Origin: Myxococcota bacterium
Lineage (GTDB): Bacteria > Myxococcota > JACRCW01
NCBI GenBank assembly: GCA_040752415.1
Contig: JBFMGU010000002.1
Location: 1-64,000, forward strand
Length of the DNA stretch: 64,000 nt
Reading direction: 5' to 3'
In this document: one piece after another, positions 40,209 to 49,117 of the stretch
Layout of the letters: each line of letters opens with the position of its first letter
Position numbering within the stretch: position 1 is the stretch's first letter
Program-made: the position numbers and the translations under genes
The notes under the pieces: generated by a model
Told to the model about the DNA's origin: nothing
The model's database searches: none
What the model saw: the letters and a program-made list of their open reading frames with translations, nothing else

Positions 40209-42098
40209 ATGACGAGATCCCGCTTCCTCCTCCTGGCCGGCGGCGCATCGTTCGCCTCCGCGCTGGCGCTCCTTGTCCACACGCTCCCCGTCAACGCCGG
40301 CACGCCCGCGCAGAAGCCCGCGCCCAAGGCCGCTCCCGCTCCCGTCGAGGCCAAGCCCGCGGCACCGAGCGCGGAGCAGGAAGCCCAGGCGTTCCTCTCG
40401 TTCTACAACCCCATGTACGAGCGCCTCTCCACCGTGGCCGCGGAAGCCGCGTGGAAGGCCTCCACCGACGTCAAACCGGAGCACGAGGGTGAGCGCACCG
40501 GCGCGGGCAAGGCGTGGGGCGCGTTCGCCGGCAACCGCGTGATCATCGAGAAGGTGCGTGCGCTGCTGGCCCGCAAGGCCGAGCTGCAGCCGCTCACCGT
40601 GCGCCAGCTGGAGCGCATCATGCTCATGGCCGCGGAAGCGCCGGGCACCATTCCCGACGTGGTGAACCGTCGCGTGGAGCTGGAGAGCCGCCAGTCGAGC
40701 CTGCTGGACGGGTGGCAGTTCTGCCTGCAGCGCGACAAGAAGGGCGCCTGCGCCAAGCCCACGGATGCCAACGGGATCGACAAGATCCTCGTCGAGAGCA
40801 AGAAGCTGCCCGAGCGCCTGACGGCGTGGAACGCGGCCAAGGAGGTGGGCACCACGTTGCGTCCGGGCATCCTGCAGCTGCGTGAGGTGCGCAACCAGGT
40901 GGCGCGTGAGATGGGGCACTCCAGCTTCTTTGCGCTGCAGGTGGCGGACTACCGCATGAGCGTGCCGGAGATGATGACGCTGCTGGACCAGCTCCTCGTC
41001 GACACCAGGCCGCTGTACGAACAGATCCACTGCTACGCCAAGCACACGCTGGCCCAGCGCTACGGCGTCAAGGAGGTGCCGCAGAAGATGCCCGCGCACT
41101 GGCTCGGCAACCGCTGGGCGCAGGCGTGGCCCGGCATCGTCGAGGGCGTGGATGCGGATGCGCCGTTCAAGGGCAAGACGCCAGAATGGATCGTCAAGAG
41201 CGCGGAGGCGTTCTACGTGGGCATCGGCTTCCCCACGCTCCCCGACGGGTTCTGGAAGAAGAGCGACCTGTATCCCGTCGAGAAGGGCAACCCGCGCAAG
41301 AAGAACAGCCACGCCTCCGCCTGGCACATGGACCTGGGCAGCGACGTGCGCAGCCTCATGAGCGTGGAGTCCAACAGCTACTGGTTCGGCACCACCCACC
41401 ATGAGCTGGGGCACATCTACTACTACGTCTCGTACACGCGCCCCGACGTGCCGCCGGTCCTGCGTGAGGGCGCCAACCGCTCCTTCCACGAGGGCATGGG
41501 CGACCTGATGGCCATTGCCGCCGGACAGCAGCCCTACCTCGAGAAGATGGGCCTGGTGCAGAAGGACAAGCCGGTGAGCCAGGAGCAGTGGCTGCTGGAG
41601 GAGGCCATGGAGTCCATCGTGTTCATTCCGTGGGGCGCGGGCGTGATGAGCCACTACGAGCACGACCTCTACGAGAAGAACCTCCCCGAGGCGGAGCTCA
41701 ACAAGCGCTGGTGGGACTACGTGGCGCAGTACCAGGGCATTGTCCCGCCCGCCGCGCGCGACGAGAGCACCTGCGACGCCTGCACCAAGACGCACATCAA
41801 CGACGACCCCGCGCAATACTACGACTACGCGCTGGCCAGCATCGTGAAGTACCAGCTGCACGACCACATCTGTCGCAAGATCCTGGGCAAGGACCCGCAC
41901 GCGTGCGACTACAGTGGCAACAAGGCGGTGGGTGAGTTCCTGCAGGGCATCATGAAGCTGGGCGCCACGCGTGACTGGCGTGAGGTCATCCAGAACGCCA
42001 CGGGCAAGGCGCTGAGCACGCAGCCGCTGGCGGAGTACTACGCGCCGGTGCTGGCGTACCTGAAGAAGCAGAACGAAGGCCGGCAATGCGGATTCTGA
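40209..42098 (+). CDS. M2 family peptidyl-dipeptidase (ACE-like), secreted
   Basis: HHELGH, REGANRSFHEGMGD, HASAW, PAHWLGNRWAQ; signal peptide. Confidence 0.92.
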   Translation: MTRSRFLLLAGGASFASALALLVHTLPVNAGTPAQKPAPKAAPAPVEAKPAAPSAEQEAQAFLSFYNPMYERLSTVAAEAAWKASTDVKPEHEGERTGAGKAWGAFAGNRVIIEKVRALLARKAELQPLTVRQLERIMLMAAEAPGTIPDVVNRRVELESRQSSLLDGWQFCLQRDKKGACAKPTDANGIDKILVESKKLPERLTAWNAAKEVGTTLRPGILQLREVRNQVAREMGHSSFFALQVADYRMSVPEMMTLLDQLLVDTRPLYEQIHCYAKHTLAQRYGVKEVPQKMPAHWLGNRWAQAWPGIVEGVDADAPFKGKTPEWIVKSAEAFYVGIGFPTLPDGFWKKSDLYPVEKGNPRKKNSHASAWHMDLGSDVRSLMSVESNSYWFGTTHHELGHIYYYVSYTRPDVPPVLREGANRSFHEGMGDLMAIAAGQQPYLEKMGLVQKDKPVSQEQWLLEEAMESIVFIPWGAGVMSHYEHDLYEKNLPEAELNKRWWDYVAQYQGIVPPAARDESTCDACTKTHINDDPAQYYDYALASIVKYQLHDHICRKILGKDPHACDYSGNKAVGEFLQGIMKLGATRDWREVIQNATGKALSTQPLAEYYAPVLAYLKKQNEGRQCGF

Positions 42099-42114
42099 TC
42101 ACGGAGGAAGGACC

Positions 42115-42723
42115 ATGAAGATCATCCAGGTGACGACGATGTTGGGCCTCTGTGCGGCGCTCATGGGCGCGGCCCCGCCGGCACAGAAGGCAGCGCCCGC
42201 GCAGAAGGGCGTGGATCCCAAGGCGGTGATGGCGGCCATGCAGCAGTACGCCACGCCGGGGCCGGAGCATCAGCGGCTGAAAATGCTGGAAGGATCCTGG
42301 GACGTGGGCATCACGTTGTACGCGCAGGGCCAGGCGCTCCCGGAGAGCAAGGGGCGCGCGGACTTCTGGCTCATCCTCGGGGACCGGTTTGTCGTCGAGG
42401 AGCTGAAGGGGCAGTTCCTGGACCAGCCGGTCAACTCGCACATCGTCTTCGGCTATGACAACGCGAAGAAGAAGTACGTCTCCATGCGCATCACCTCGCT
42501 GGGCACGGACATGATGGTGCGCGAGGGCACCGCCGACGCCAGCGGCAAGGTCATCACGCTGACGGGCGAGGCGTTCGACGCGCAGACCGGCAAGAGCGCC
42601 ACCGGCCGCATGGTCTACACCTTCGAGAGCAACGACAAGTTCACCGTCAGCGTCTACGAGACCAAGCCCGGCGCCGCCGAGGTGAAGTTGTTTGACATGG
42701 TGTACACGCGTCGCGCGGCGTGA
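42115..42723 (+). CDS. DUF1579 family secreted protein
   Basis: TPGPEHQRL..L.GSW, GYDNAKKKYVS; RBS and signal peptide. Confidence 0.85.
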   Translation: MKIIQVTTMLGLCAALMGAAPPAQKAAPAQKGVDPKAVMAAMQQYATPGPEHQRLKMLEGSWDVGITLYAQGQALPESKGRADFWLILGDRFVVEELKGQFLDQPVNSHIVFGYDNAKKKYVSMRITSLGTDMMVREGTADASGKVITLTGEAFDAQTGKSATGRMVYTFESNDKFTVSVYETKPGAAEVKLFDMVYTRRAA

Positions 42724-42726
42724 GCT

Positions 42727-43290
42727 TCACGTGCGGGAAGGCAGCCAGCGGTCCCACGCGGCGCTGGCCACCGCGGTGTGCAGGTAGATGCCCGGCAGCC
42801 ACACCGTCACGTTGAACAGGTCGGGGTGGTTGTACCAGAAGGCCCCCGTCGACGAGATGGTGGACTCCACCACCGGTCCCAGCAGCGCGGCGCCCGCGGC
42901 ATGCAGCATGAGCGCCGGTCTTGCATCCCCGGGCGTCAGCAGCACTGCCACCGCGAACAGCACCACGTAGAGCGCCAATGCGGGGTACGGCCACGCCTGG
43001 ATGAAGCCGCTGCTGCCGTAGACTCCGACGAGGAACAACAGGCCCCGGATCATCTCCGCCGTGCTCGCGGGCGGCAGCTTCCTCCCCGCCAGTCGCGACG
43101 CCACCTGGTGGTGTCCCTCGCCCAGCGCCAGGCCCGCGCCGGCAAACAACAGCGGCACCCACCACGCCTGCACGCCCAACGTGGGATGCGCGTACGAGAG
43201 GACGCCGGTCACCACGTGCAGCGCATCCAGCGACGTGCCGACGACGGTGCCCAGCACGGCCCACGAGAGGAGTCGGAGAGGAGTGCTCAC
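42727..43290 (-). CDS. Hypothetical multi-pass membrane protein
   Basis: Several hydrophobic helices; WWVPLLF, GPVVE..ISSTGAFWY..PD..WLP; GTG start overlapping the glycosylase stop. Confidence 0.7.
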   Translation of the reverse strand: MSTPLRLLSWAVLGTVVGTSLDALHVVTGVLSYAHPTLGVQAWWVPLLFAGAGLALGEGHHQVASRLAGRKLPPASTAEMIRGLLFLVGVYGSSGFIQAWPYPALALYVVLFAVAVLLTPGDARPALMLHAAGAALLGPVVESTISSTGAFWYNHPDLFNVTVWLPGIYLHTAVASAAWDRWLPSRT

Positions 43291-43904
43291 TTGAGCTCCG
43301 CGGCGCGCCACAGGTACCAGCTGGCCACGGAACGGTACGGCGACCACACCACGCCGCGCTCGGTGACCTCCTTCGGGCTCGGCAGCTCTCGGCGCGCGTC
43401 GACGACCATCACGCCTTTGCGGATGCCGTAGTCGGTGGCGGACAGCACGTCGGGACGGGCCAGGCGGAACAACAGAAGCATCTCCGCCGTCCACACGCCA
43501 ACGCCACGGACCTGCGTGAGCGTCTCGATGACGGCGTCACTCTCCATGCTGCCCAGCCGCGCCAGGCTCACCACGCCGGAGGTGGTCTTCTCCGCCAGGT
43601 CCCGGATGGCCGCGGCCTTTTGTCGACTCAGACCCGCGCTGCGCAACCGCGCGTCACCCAGGTCCAGCACGCGGGTGGCGGTGGGAAAACGTCCGCCCTC
43701 TCCCAAGGCCCGCAGCCGGCCGAAGATGGTGGCCGCCGCCGCGCCGGTGACCTGCTGGTAGGCAATGGCCCGGCACAGCGCCTCGAAATGCGTGCCGCTC
43801 CGTCGGAAGGTCAGCCGGCATGCACCCACGCGGTCAATGATGCGCGCCAGGCGACGGTCCCGCGCGCGCAGGTAGGCCACCGCCTCGTCGTGCTGGTTGC
43901 TCAT
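43287..43904 (-). CDS. alkA: DNA-3-methyladenine glycosylase II (HhH-GPD family)
   Basis: AIAYQQVTGAAA, GLSRQK, LTQVRGVGVWTAEM, DYGIR, WSPYRS. Confidence 0.88.
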   Translation of the reverse strand: MSNQHDEAVAYLRARDRRLARIIDRVGACRLTFRRSGTHFEALCRAIAYQQVTGAAAATIFGRLRALGEGGRFPTATRVLDLGDARLRSAGLSRQKAAAIRDLAEKTTSGVVSLARLGSMESDAVIETLTQVRGVGVWTAEMLLLFRLARPDVLSATDYGIRKGVMVVDARRELPSPKEVTERGVVWSPYRSVASWYLWRAAELK

Positions 43905-44203
43905 GAGCGCTCCACCGAGATGCCGCGGCGGGTGCGTCGGCCCGTCACGGTGATCCGCATGGGACGACAACAGCGGTTGCAGTCCTCCACGTAGGAGCTG
44001 CCCGCGGGCTGGTCGGGGTCGACGTAGAGGGTGTCGGGTGTGCCGCACCAAGGGCACATCAGCGGGAAGGAGTCCTCCTCCTCCGCCAGCTCGGTGTCGT
44101 CGTCGGTGTCTTCGTCGTCGGATTCGACGTCGTCCTCGTCGGAGGGATCGTCCAGCTCGTCGTCCTCGCCTTCCGGCTCGTCATCCCAGACCCTGGATGG
44201 CAT
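43901..44203 (-). CDS. CPXCG-motif cysteine-rich protein with acidic N-terminus
   Basis: CPWCG...YVEDCNRCCRP. Confidence 0.82.
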   Translation of the reverse strand: MPSRVWDDEPEGEDDELDDPSDEDDVESDDEDTDDDTELAEEEDSFPLMCPWCGTPDTLYVDPDQPAGSSYVEDCNRCCRPMRITVTGRRTRRGISVERS

Positions 44204-44642
44204 TGGTGCGCTCTCCCGGAGGGGATGCTGCACCAGGGGCGCCGGCGGGAAAAGCCGCATCGCCGCGTGACTGCTCCGCCATGCGCTGCACCGCGGTCTT
44301 CAGCTGCGCGGGCTCGAAAGGCTTCTCGATACAGAGGTTGGGCATGCGGGCCAGGAACTCCCGCGCCGACGCGGTGAAGGCTCCGCCGGTGAGGAAGATC
44401 ATCCGCGGCACCACGGCGGGCGCGGCGCGTTGCAGCGCGGCGTACAGGTCCATGCCGGTCATCTCCGGCATCATCAGGTCGCACACCACCACGTCATAGG
44501 TCTTTCCGGAGAGCAGCTCCTCCAATGCCAGGCGCGCACTGGTGAAGCAGGTGACCTCGTGCTGGGCCCCCAGGGTGCGCCGGACCGTCCGACCCATCAG
44601 CGGCTCGTCGTCCACCACCAGCACCTGCGTGGGCCTGGGCAT
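44181..44642 (-). CDS. Single-domain response regulator
   Basis: VLVVDDE, CDLMMPEMTG, FLTGG, KPF. Confidence 0.9.
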   Translation of the reverse strand: MPRPTQVLVVDDEPLMGRTVRRTLGAQHEVTCFTSARLALEELLSGKTYDVVVCDLMMPEMTGMDLYAALQRAAPAVVPRMIFLTGGAFTASAREFLARMPNLCIEKPFEPAQLKTAVQRMAEQSRGDAAFPAGAPGAASPPGERTNAIQGLG

Positions 44643-44839
44643 CTCGTGGCCTCCTGCCCCTGCTTCTCGGCACGCGCGGCGGGTCCCTTGAGGCCCCGGG
44701 ATCAGGGATGCCGTGACGTCGTCAGATGGCGCCCCACAGGGTGGTTTGGTGTGGGCAGGGTGGTTAGGTAGCCAGCCGCGGCAAGGTGGCGCGGGTCACG
44801 CCAGGCATGAGGGGGCATCACCGCGCGCCAGGAGACGTC

Positions 44840-45262
44840 ATGAACGCGGTCCCCGAGAGTGCGCCCCCCGGCGGCCCCAGGAGGCACCTGGCCACGCGGT
44901 CCACCGCGGAGCTGGTCTCCCTGGTGGTCAGCAAGGCGGTGGAGCTGGCGCGCAAGGAGGTGGTGCTTGCCCAGGTGGAGCTCCGCGACGACATCCGCAC
45001 CGAGCTGCACGCGGCGCGCGCGCTGGGATTTGCCGGGCTGGGCGCGGTGTGCGCGGTCAACATGCTCCTGGTGGCCGTCATCCTGGCCCTGTCCCAGGTG
45101 ATGCTGCCGTGGGTGGCGGCGCTCGTGGTGGCGGTGGCGGTGGCGCTGGTGGCCGGGGTGGTGGCGCTGGTGGCGCGTCGACGCCTGGTGCGGACTCCGC
45201 TGGAGGATACCCGTCAGATGCTGAGGGAGAACGCGGAATGGATGCACCGAAGCCTGCACTGA
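44840..45262 (+). CDS. YqjE/phage-holin-family membrane protein
   Basis: L.RKEVVLAQVEL followed by two TM helices and PLEDT; RBS AGGAG. Confidence 0.75.
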   Translation: MNAVPESAPPGGPRRHLATRSTAELVSLVVSKAVELARKEVVLAQVELRDDIRTELHAARALGFAGLGAVCAVNMLLVAVILALSQVMLPWVAALVVAVAVALVAGVVALVARRRLVRTPLEDTRQMLRENAEWMHRSLH

Positions 45263-45717
45263 GCACGGGTGGCGTCATCCCGTCGGAGCGTCAGCTCGTC
45301 CACGATATCGAGAAGGTTCGCGGTGAACTGGGAGAACTGCTCATGGAACTGGATCGTCGTCGCCAGGAGGTGGTGGAGCTGGGCGTGCGTCTCCGGCCGT
45401 ACCTGTTGCCCGCGTTGCTCCTGGGCGGCGGGATTGTCACGGCCATCACCGCGTTGGCGGCCTCCGCACGTCGTCGACGGGAAACCGCCTTCAGTCGCCT
45501 GCTGGGCGCGCTGCGGCCCCGTTCCGTGCAGGTCAGCCCGCAGCCGTCCATCTTCCGCACCGCCGCGGTGCGCATCCTCACCAGCGCCGGCAGCGCGGTG
45601 TTGGGCCTGTACCTGAACCGCTGGGCGGAGCGGATGGCGGAGCGCGAGGAGGGCACGGTGACGTACTATGACCGTCGTCGCAGCCCGCGCGGTCCCGACG
45701 TGCGTGAGATGCACTGA
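45238..45717 (+). CDS. Hypothetical membrane-associated protein (DUF3618-like partner of the YqjE-like gene)
   Basis: DIEKVRGELGELLMELDRRR then a TM segment; typical gene context. Confidence 0.6.
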   Translation: MDAPKPALSTGGVIPSERQLVHDIEKVRGELGELLMELDRRRQEVVELGVRLRPYLLPALLLGGGIVTAITALAASARRRRETAFSRLLGALRPRSVQVSPQPSIFRTAAVRILTSAGSAVLGLYLNRWAERMAEREEGTVTYYDRRRSPRGPDVREMH

Positions 45718-45724
45718 GCCGGGC

Positions 45725-46600
45725 TCAGCTGTCGACCTCGAGCTCCAGGACGGGCGGCGGCGCCTCCAGGGGCACGTGCTCCACGCCATGGTTGTGCCCG
45801 TGCTGGCGGTGCTGCACCGCGGAGGCCACGCGGTGACGCGCGCGCAGGTCGTAACGGTCGCCGGGACGGAGCAGGTCCACCAGCAGGGAGCCGGGGTGCT
45901 TCTGCGCGTCCACCACCATCACGCGCTCCGGTCCCACCACGCGCGCGTGCCGGTCGTCGGTGATGGCCAGCGCGGTGCCCTCGTCCACGCCCACGCCCAG
46001 CAGGTGCTCATGCTCCAGCACCAGGCCAAAGAGGCGGTTCTGACGACGTCGCTTGAGAAAATGCTGGTCCACCACGCAGCCCGGCAGCAGCCCCAGGCCG
46101 CCGCGCGTGGTCACCCCCTGGCGCGCGCACAGCAGGGACGGGTCGCCGTCGCCGGAGATCATCACGGATGACATGACGGCGGTTCCCGCGCTGGTGCCGC
46201 CAAAGGTCACGCCCGCCGCGTAGCGCTGGCGCATCAGCGTGAGCAGCTCCGGGTCCCCCAGCACGTCCATGATGCGGTTCTGGTCACCGCCGGAGAAGAA
46301 CACGCCGGTGGCGGTGGACAGCGCGTGGACCAGCTCCGCCCGCGCCTGGGGACGACGGGGAGACAGCGGTGCGTCGCGGATCTCCGCGGGGTCCCACAGG
46401 GCCAGGTCGGAGGCCAGCGCGGCGTGGGCCAACGCGGGCTCCTGTGCGGCCCAGGTGATGACCACAATGCGCGCGTTGGTGCCCCCCGCCCAGGAGACGA
46501 ACTGTTTCATCGCCTGCGGAGGTCTGGGGCCTCCACCGAACAGGACGAGTCTCTTGGGCGTGGGACCAGCAGGCGTGGCCTGCCAGTGCGGCTCGTGCAT
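45725..46600 (-). CDS. Cyanophycinase / S51 peptidase
   Basis: FFSGGDQ, GGTSAG, VVDQHF..R.R.NRL, GVDEGT. Confidence 0.88.
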   Translation of the reverse strand: MHEPHWQATPAGPTPKRLVLFGGGPRPPQAMKQFVSWAGGTNARIVVITWAAQEPALAHAALASDLALWDPAEIRDAPLSPRRPQARAELVHALSTATGVFFSGGDQNRIMDVLGDPELLTLMRQRYAAGVTFGGTSAGTAVMSSVMISGDGDPSLLCARQGVTTRGGLGLLPGCVVDQHFLKRRRQNRLFGLVLEHEHLLGVGVDEGTALAITDDRHARVVGPERVMVVDAQKHPGSLLVDLLRPGDRYDLRARHRVASAVQHRQHGHNHGVEHVPLEAPPPVLELEVDS

Positions 46601-46759
46601 GGGTGCTCCCGGGTTGGCGCGCAGGCGTTGCGTCACCAGGCAACAGCGCGCTGCATATGGAACCCACATGTGGGTGGCACGTGCCGGGACGCAGAATCTC
46701 TCGCGCTGCAGGTGTGGCCCACGTCGGAGCGGGGCGGTTTGTCGACGAGCGGAGGCCGA

Positions 46760-47536
46760 TCAGGAGGCGGGTGCGCAGACGAAGGACAGCGCGTCCCGTC
46801 GGGCGGAGGCCACCTGCAGCAGCATCTTGAGCCCGGCGGCATCCAGCTCCACGACGCGACGGGGACCCACCGTGAGGTCCGTCCCGTCGGTGCGCACGGT
46901 GGTCTGACGCTCGCGGGCCTGGCGGATGGCCTCCGTCACGTGCGTGGGAACCTCGGTGCCGGTCTGCTCCCTGCGTCGCGCGGATTCCTCGCGGGCGCGC
47001 CACACGAACAGCTCGCTTTCCGCCTGCACGCGGGCCAGCTCGGCGGGGGCGCGCAGTCGCGGTGCACGCAACAGCTCCTCGGCGGCGCCGGGCGCGGTGA
47101 TGGGCTTCAGCGCTTCGTCCATGGTCATGGGCTGGTGGTAGGCGGGCAGCTGCTGGTGACGACCCAACGCCCACAACAACGTGCCGGCCTGCTCCATGGC
47201 CCACGACGTGTCGGCGAGCTCCTGGCTGTCCCAGCCACCCAGCGGTCGCGCCATCAGCTCCCGCTCGCGCGCGGTGAAGGAGGAGTCCAGCGCCAACGCC
47301 TTCACCCGCTCCCGCAGCTGCTTGTGACGACGGTGCAGCTCCTTCACCTGCGTCTCCTGGCGCACCGTGGGGAGCTTCAGCTCCAGCCAGGCGCGGGAGG
47401 CCAGCAGGCTCAACGCCACGGCCCGACGCGCGGCCTGGTCCGCGGTGGCGCTGCGGAAGCACGCGTGCGGCCCGCTGGGCGTTGGCGGGGAGGCCTGGCT
47501 CAGCATCAGGGCAACGGCGAGCAGCGCGGAGGTCAT
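46760..47536 (-). CDS. DUF4272-like protein
   Basis: ARRAVAL, SWAMEQAGTLLWALG, LR...EL, RRDALSF. Confidence 0.65.
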   Translation of the reverse strand: MTSALLAVALMLSQASPPTPSGPHACFRSATADQAARRAVALSLLASRAWLELKLPTVRQETQVKELHRRHKQLRERVKALALDSSFTARERELMARPLGGWDSQELADTSWAMEQAGTLLWALGRHQQLPAYHQPMTMDEALKPITAPGAAEELLRAPRLRAPAELARVQAESELFVWRAREESARRREQTGTEVPTHVTEAIRQARERQTTVRTDGTDLTVGPRRVVELDAAGLKMLLQVASARRDALSFVCAPAS

Positions 47537-47644
47537 GGCGGATTCCTAGGCCAGCAGCGGCGACGGCGCATCTGTGACCCGCCGGAGCGCAACCATTCAC
47601 GGGCTGGAGAGGGCGCGTCGGGGGCGGTTACCCTGGGGCTCCCC

Positions 47645-49117
47645 ATGGTGCGTGCCGCTCCCTTCCTGCTCGTCCCGTTGCTCGTGATGGCCGCGTCCTC
47701 CGCGTGGAGCGCGCTGCAATCCCGGGGCTCCAGCCCGCCGCTGGTCCAGCTCGCCGCGCTCGCGGAGGCCGCGGTTCTCGTCGACAAGGCCGCGGACCTG
47801 GGGGTGCACGCCGCGCCCGCGTTGGATTTCCTGGGCATGTCCATGCCGGAGCTGAGCGCGCGCCAGGCGGGCGTGATCCGTGGGCAGGATGGCAGTGCCG
47901 CGTTGCTCACCGTCGAGGGACTGGGCGACGCGGCGATTCCACCCCACGCGCCCCTGGCCGTGCTCCTGCTGGACTACGCGCCGGCGCCGGTGGTGGCGGT
48001 GCAGGGGATCTCCGACGAGGAATGCGCCACGTTGCGCGCCGCGGTGGCGGGCGGTCCCACGGAGAACGACGGGGAATGGCGCAAGGCGGGCGTGTGCGTG
48101 ACGGTGGTGGGGGAATGCGGGCGACACCGGTGTGGTCCCGTGGGTCTGCCGCCGCCGGGCAAGCTCGGTGGCGCCTGCAGGACGCGGCTCTCGCTGCTGG
48201 AGTCCCTTCCGACGGGAGCGTTGCGTGCCGTCGTCGGCGGGACGCGCTTGCGGCGTTTCCTTCCGTCGGAGGCGGAGCCCTACCTGCGCACGGTGGATGC
48301 CGTGGCAATGCGCCTGGATGCGTCCGCTCCGACGTGGAAGATGCTCACCCGCGTGGCACTCACGCGCGCGGATTCCGCTCTGGACGGATGGCAGCCCCTG
48401 GCGGGCCGTCACGCCGCGCTCGATCCTGCGCCCGTCGTCGAGGTGACGCTGGCGCCCGACGCTGCGTCGCTCAAGCGGGTGCTGAATCCGCGGGAGCCTC
48501 CGCACGGCGCGGCGTTGCAGTCGCTGTGGGGTGATGACCTGTCAGCGCACCTGGTGCGCGCGGGGACGGAGTCGCTGACGTTGGCGTGGCGCGGGGTGGA
48601 CAGCAGCATCCCACCGGAGGGCGGCGCGGCGGACCGGCTGTTCCATTTCTTTGGCGGGTTGACCGCGGTGACGTCGTCAGATGCCCAGGCGCGGGCGCTG
48701 GGGGAGGAGGCCGCGCGGCGTTTCAAGAGCCACGGATTCGAGGCCGACGGTCCCTACTGGGTGCGCGGTCCGCGTCTGCTGGGGTTGGTGCAGAAGGAGC
48801 GGCAGGTGGCCGTGATGACGGGGCCGTTCGCGCAACAGCCGTTCCAGGGCGCCACATCTCCGGTGCAACCGCCGTCGTCGGCAAGCGGCGCGGTGTTGCG
48901 CGTGCGCGGCAACGGTCGACGGCTGCGTGGCGTCATGGAATCCGTCCCCACGCTCCACGGCGCCTCCCGACGGGACCTGCGCGGCGTGCTGGCCGTGCGT
49001 GAGCTGTTCTCTCCCTCGCTGACGCGCCTGGGCGAGCTCACGGCGTGGCTGGTGCCGGAGCAGCGTGGGGCGCGCTGGAGCCTGCACGTGGAGGCGAACG
49101 TGGGGCCGCCGCGGTGA
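47645..49117 (+). CDS. Hypothetical exported protein
   Basis: Signal-like MVRAAPFLLVPLLVMAASS; fills the gap between neighbours; no motif recognised. Confidence 0.6.
   Translation: MVRAAPFLLVPLLVMAASSAWSALQSRGSSPPLVQLAALAEAAVLVDKAADLGVHAAPALDFLGMSMPELSARQAGVIRGQDGSAALLTVEGLGDAAIPPHAPLAVLLLDYAPAPVVAVQGISDEECATLRAAVAGGPTENDGEWRKAGVCVTVVGECGRHRCGPVGLPPPGKLGGACRTRLSLLESLPTGALRAVVGGTRLRRFLPSEAEPYLRTVDAVAMRLDASAPTWKMLTRVALTRADSALDGWQPLAGRHAALDPAPVVEVTLAPDAASLKRVLNPREPPHGAALQSLWGDDLSAHLVRAGTESLTLAWRGVDSSIPPEGGAADRLFHFFGGLTAVTSSDAQARALGEEAARRFKSHGFEADGPYWVRGPRLLGLVQKERQVAVMTGPFAQQPFQGATSPVQPPSSASGAVLRVRGNGRRLRGVMESVPTLHGASRRDLRGVLAVRELFSPSLTRLGELTAWLVPEQRGARWSLHVEANVGPPR

Noticed and set aside
44840..45262. 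Holin-like gene as a prophage marker
   Set aside because: YqjE-type cellular membrane family; no phage genes nearby.
45700..45717. REMH-stop ending shared with the fragment at 63908
   Set aside because: Too short to distinguish from coincidence.
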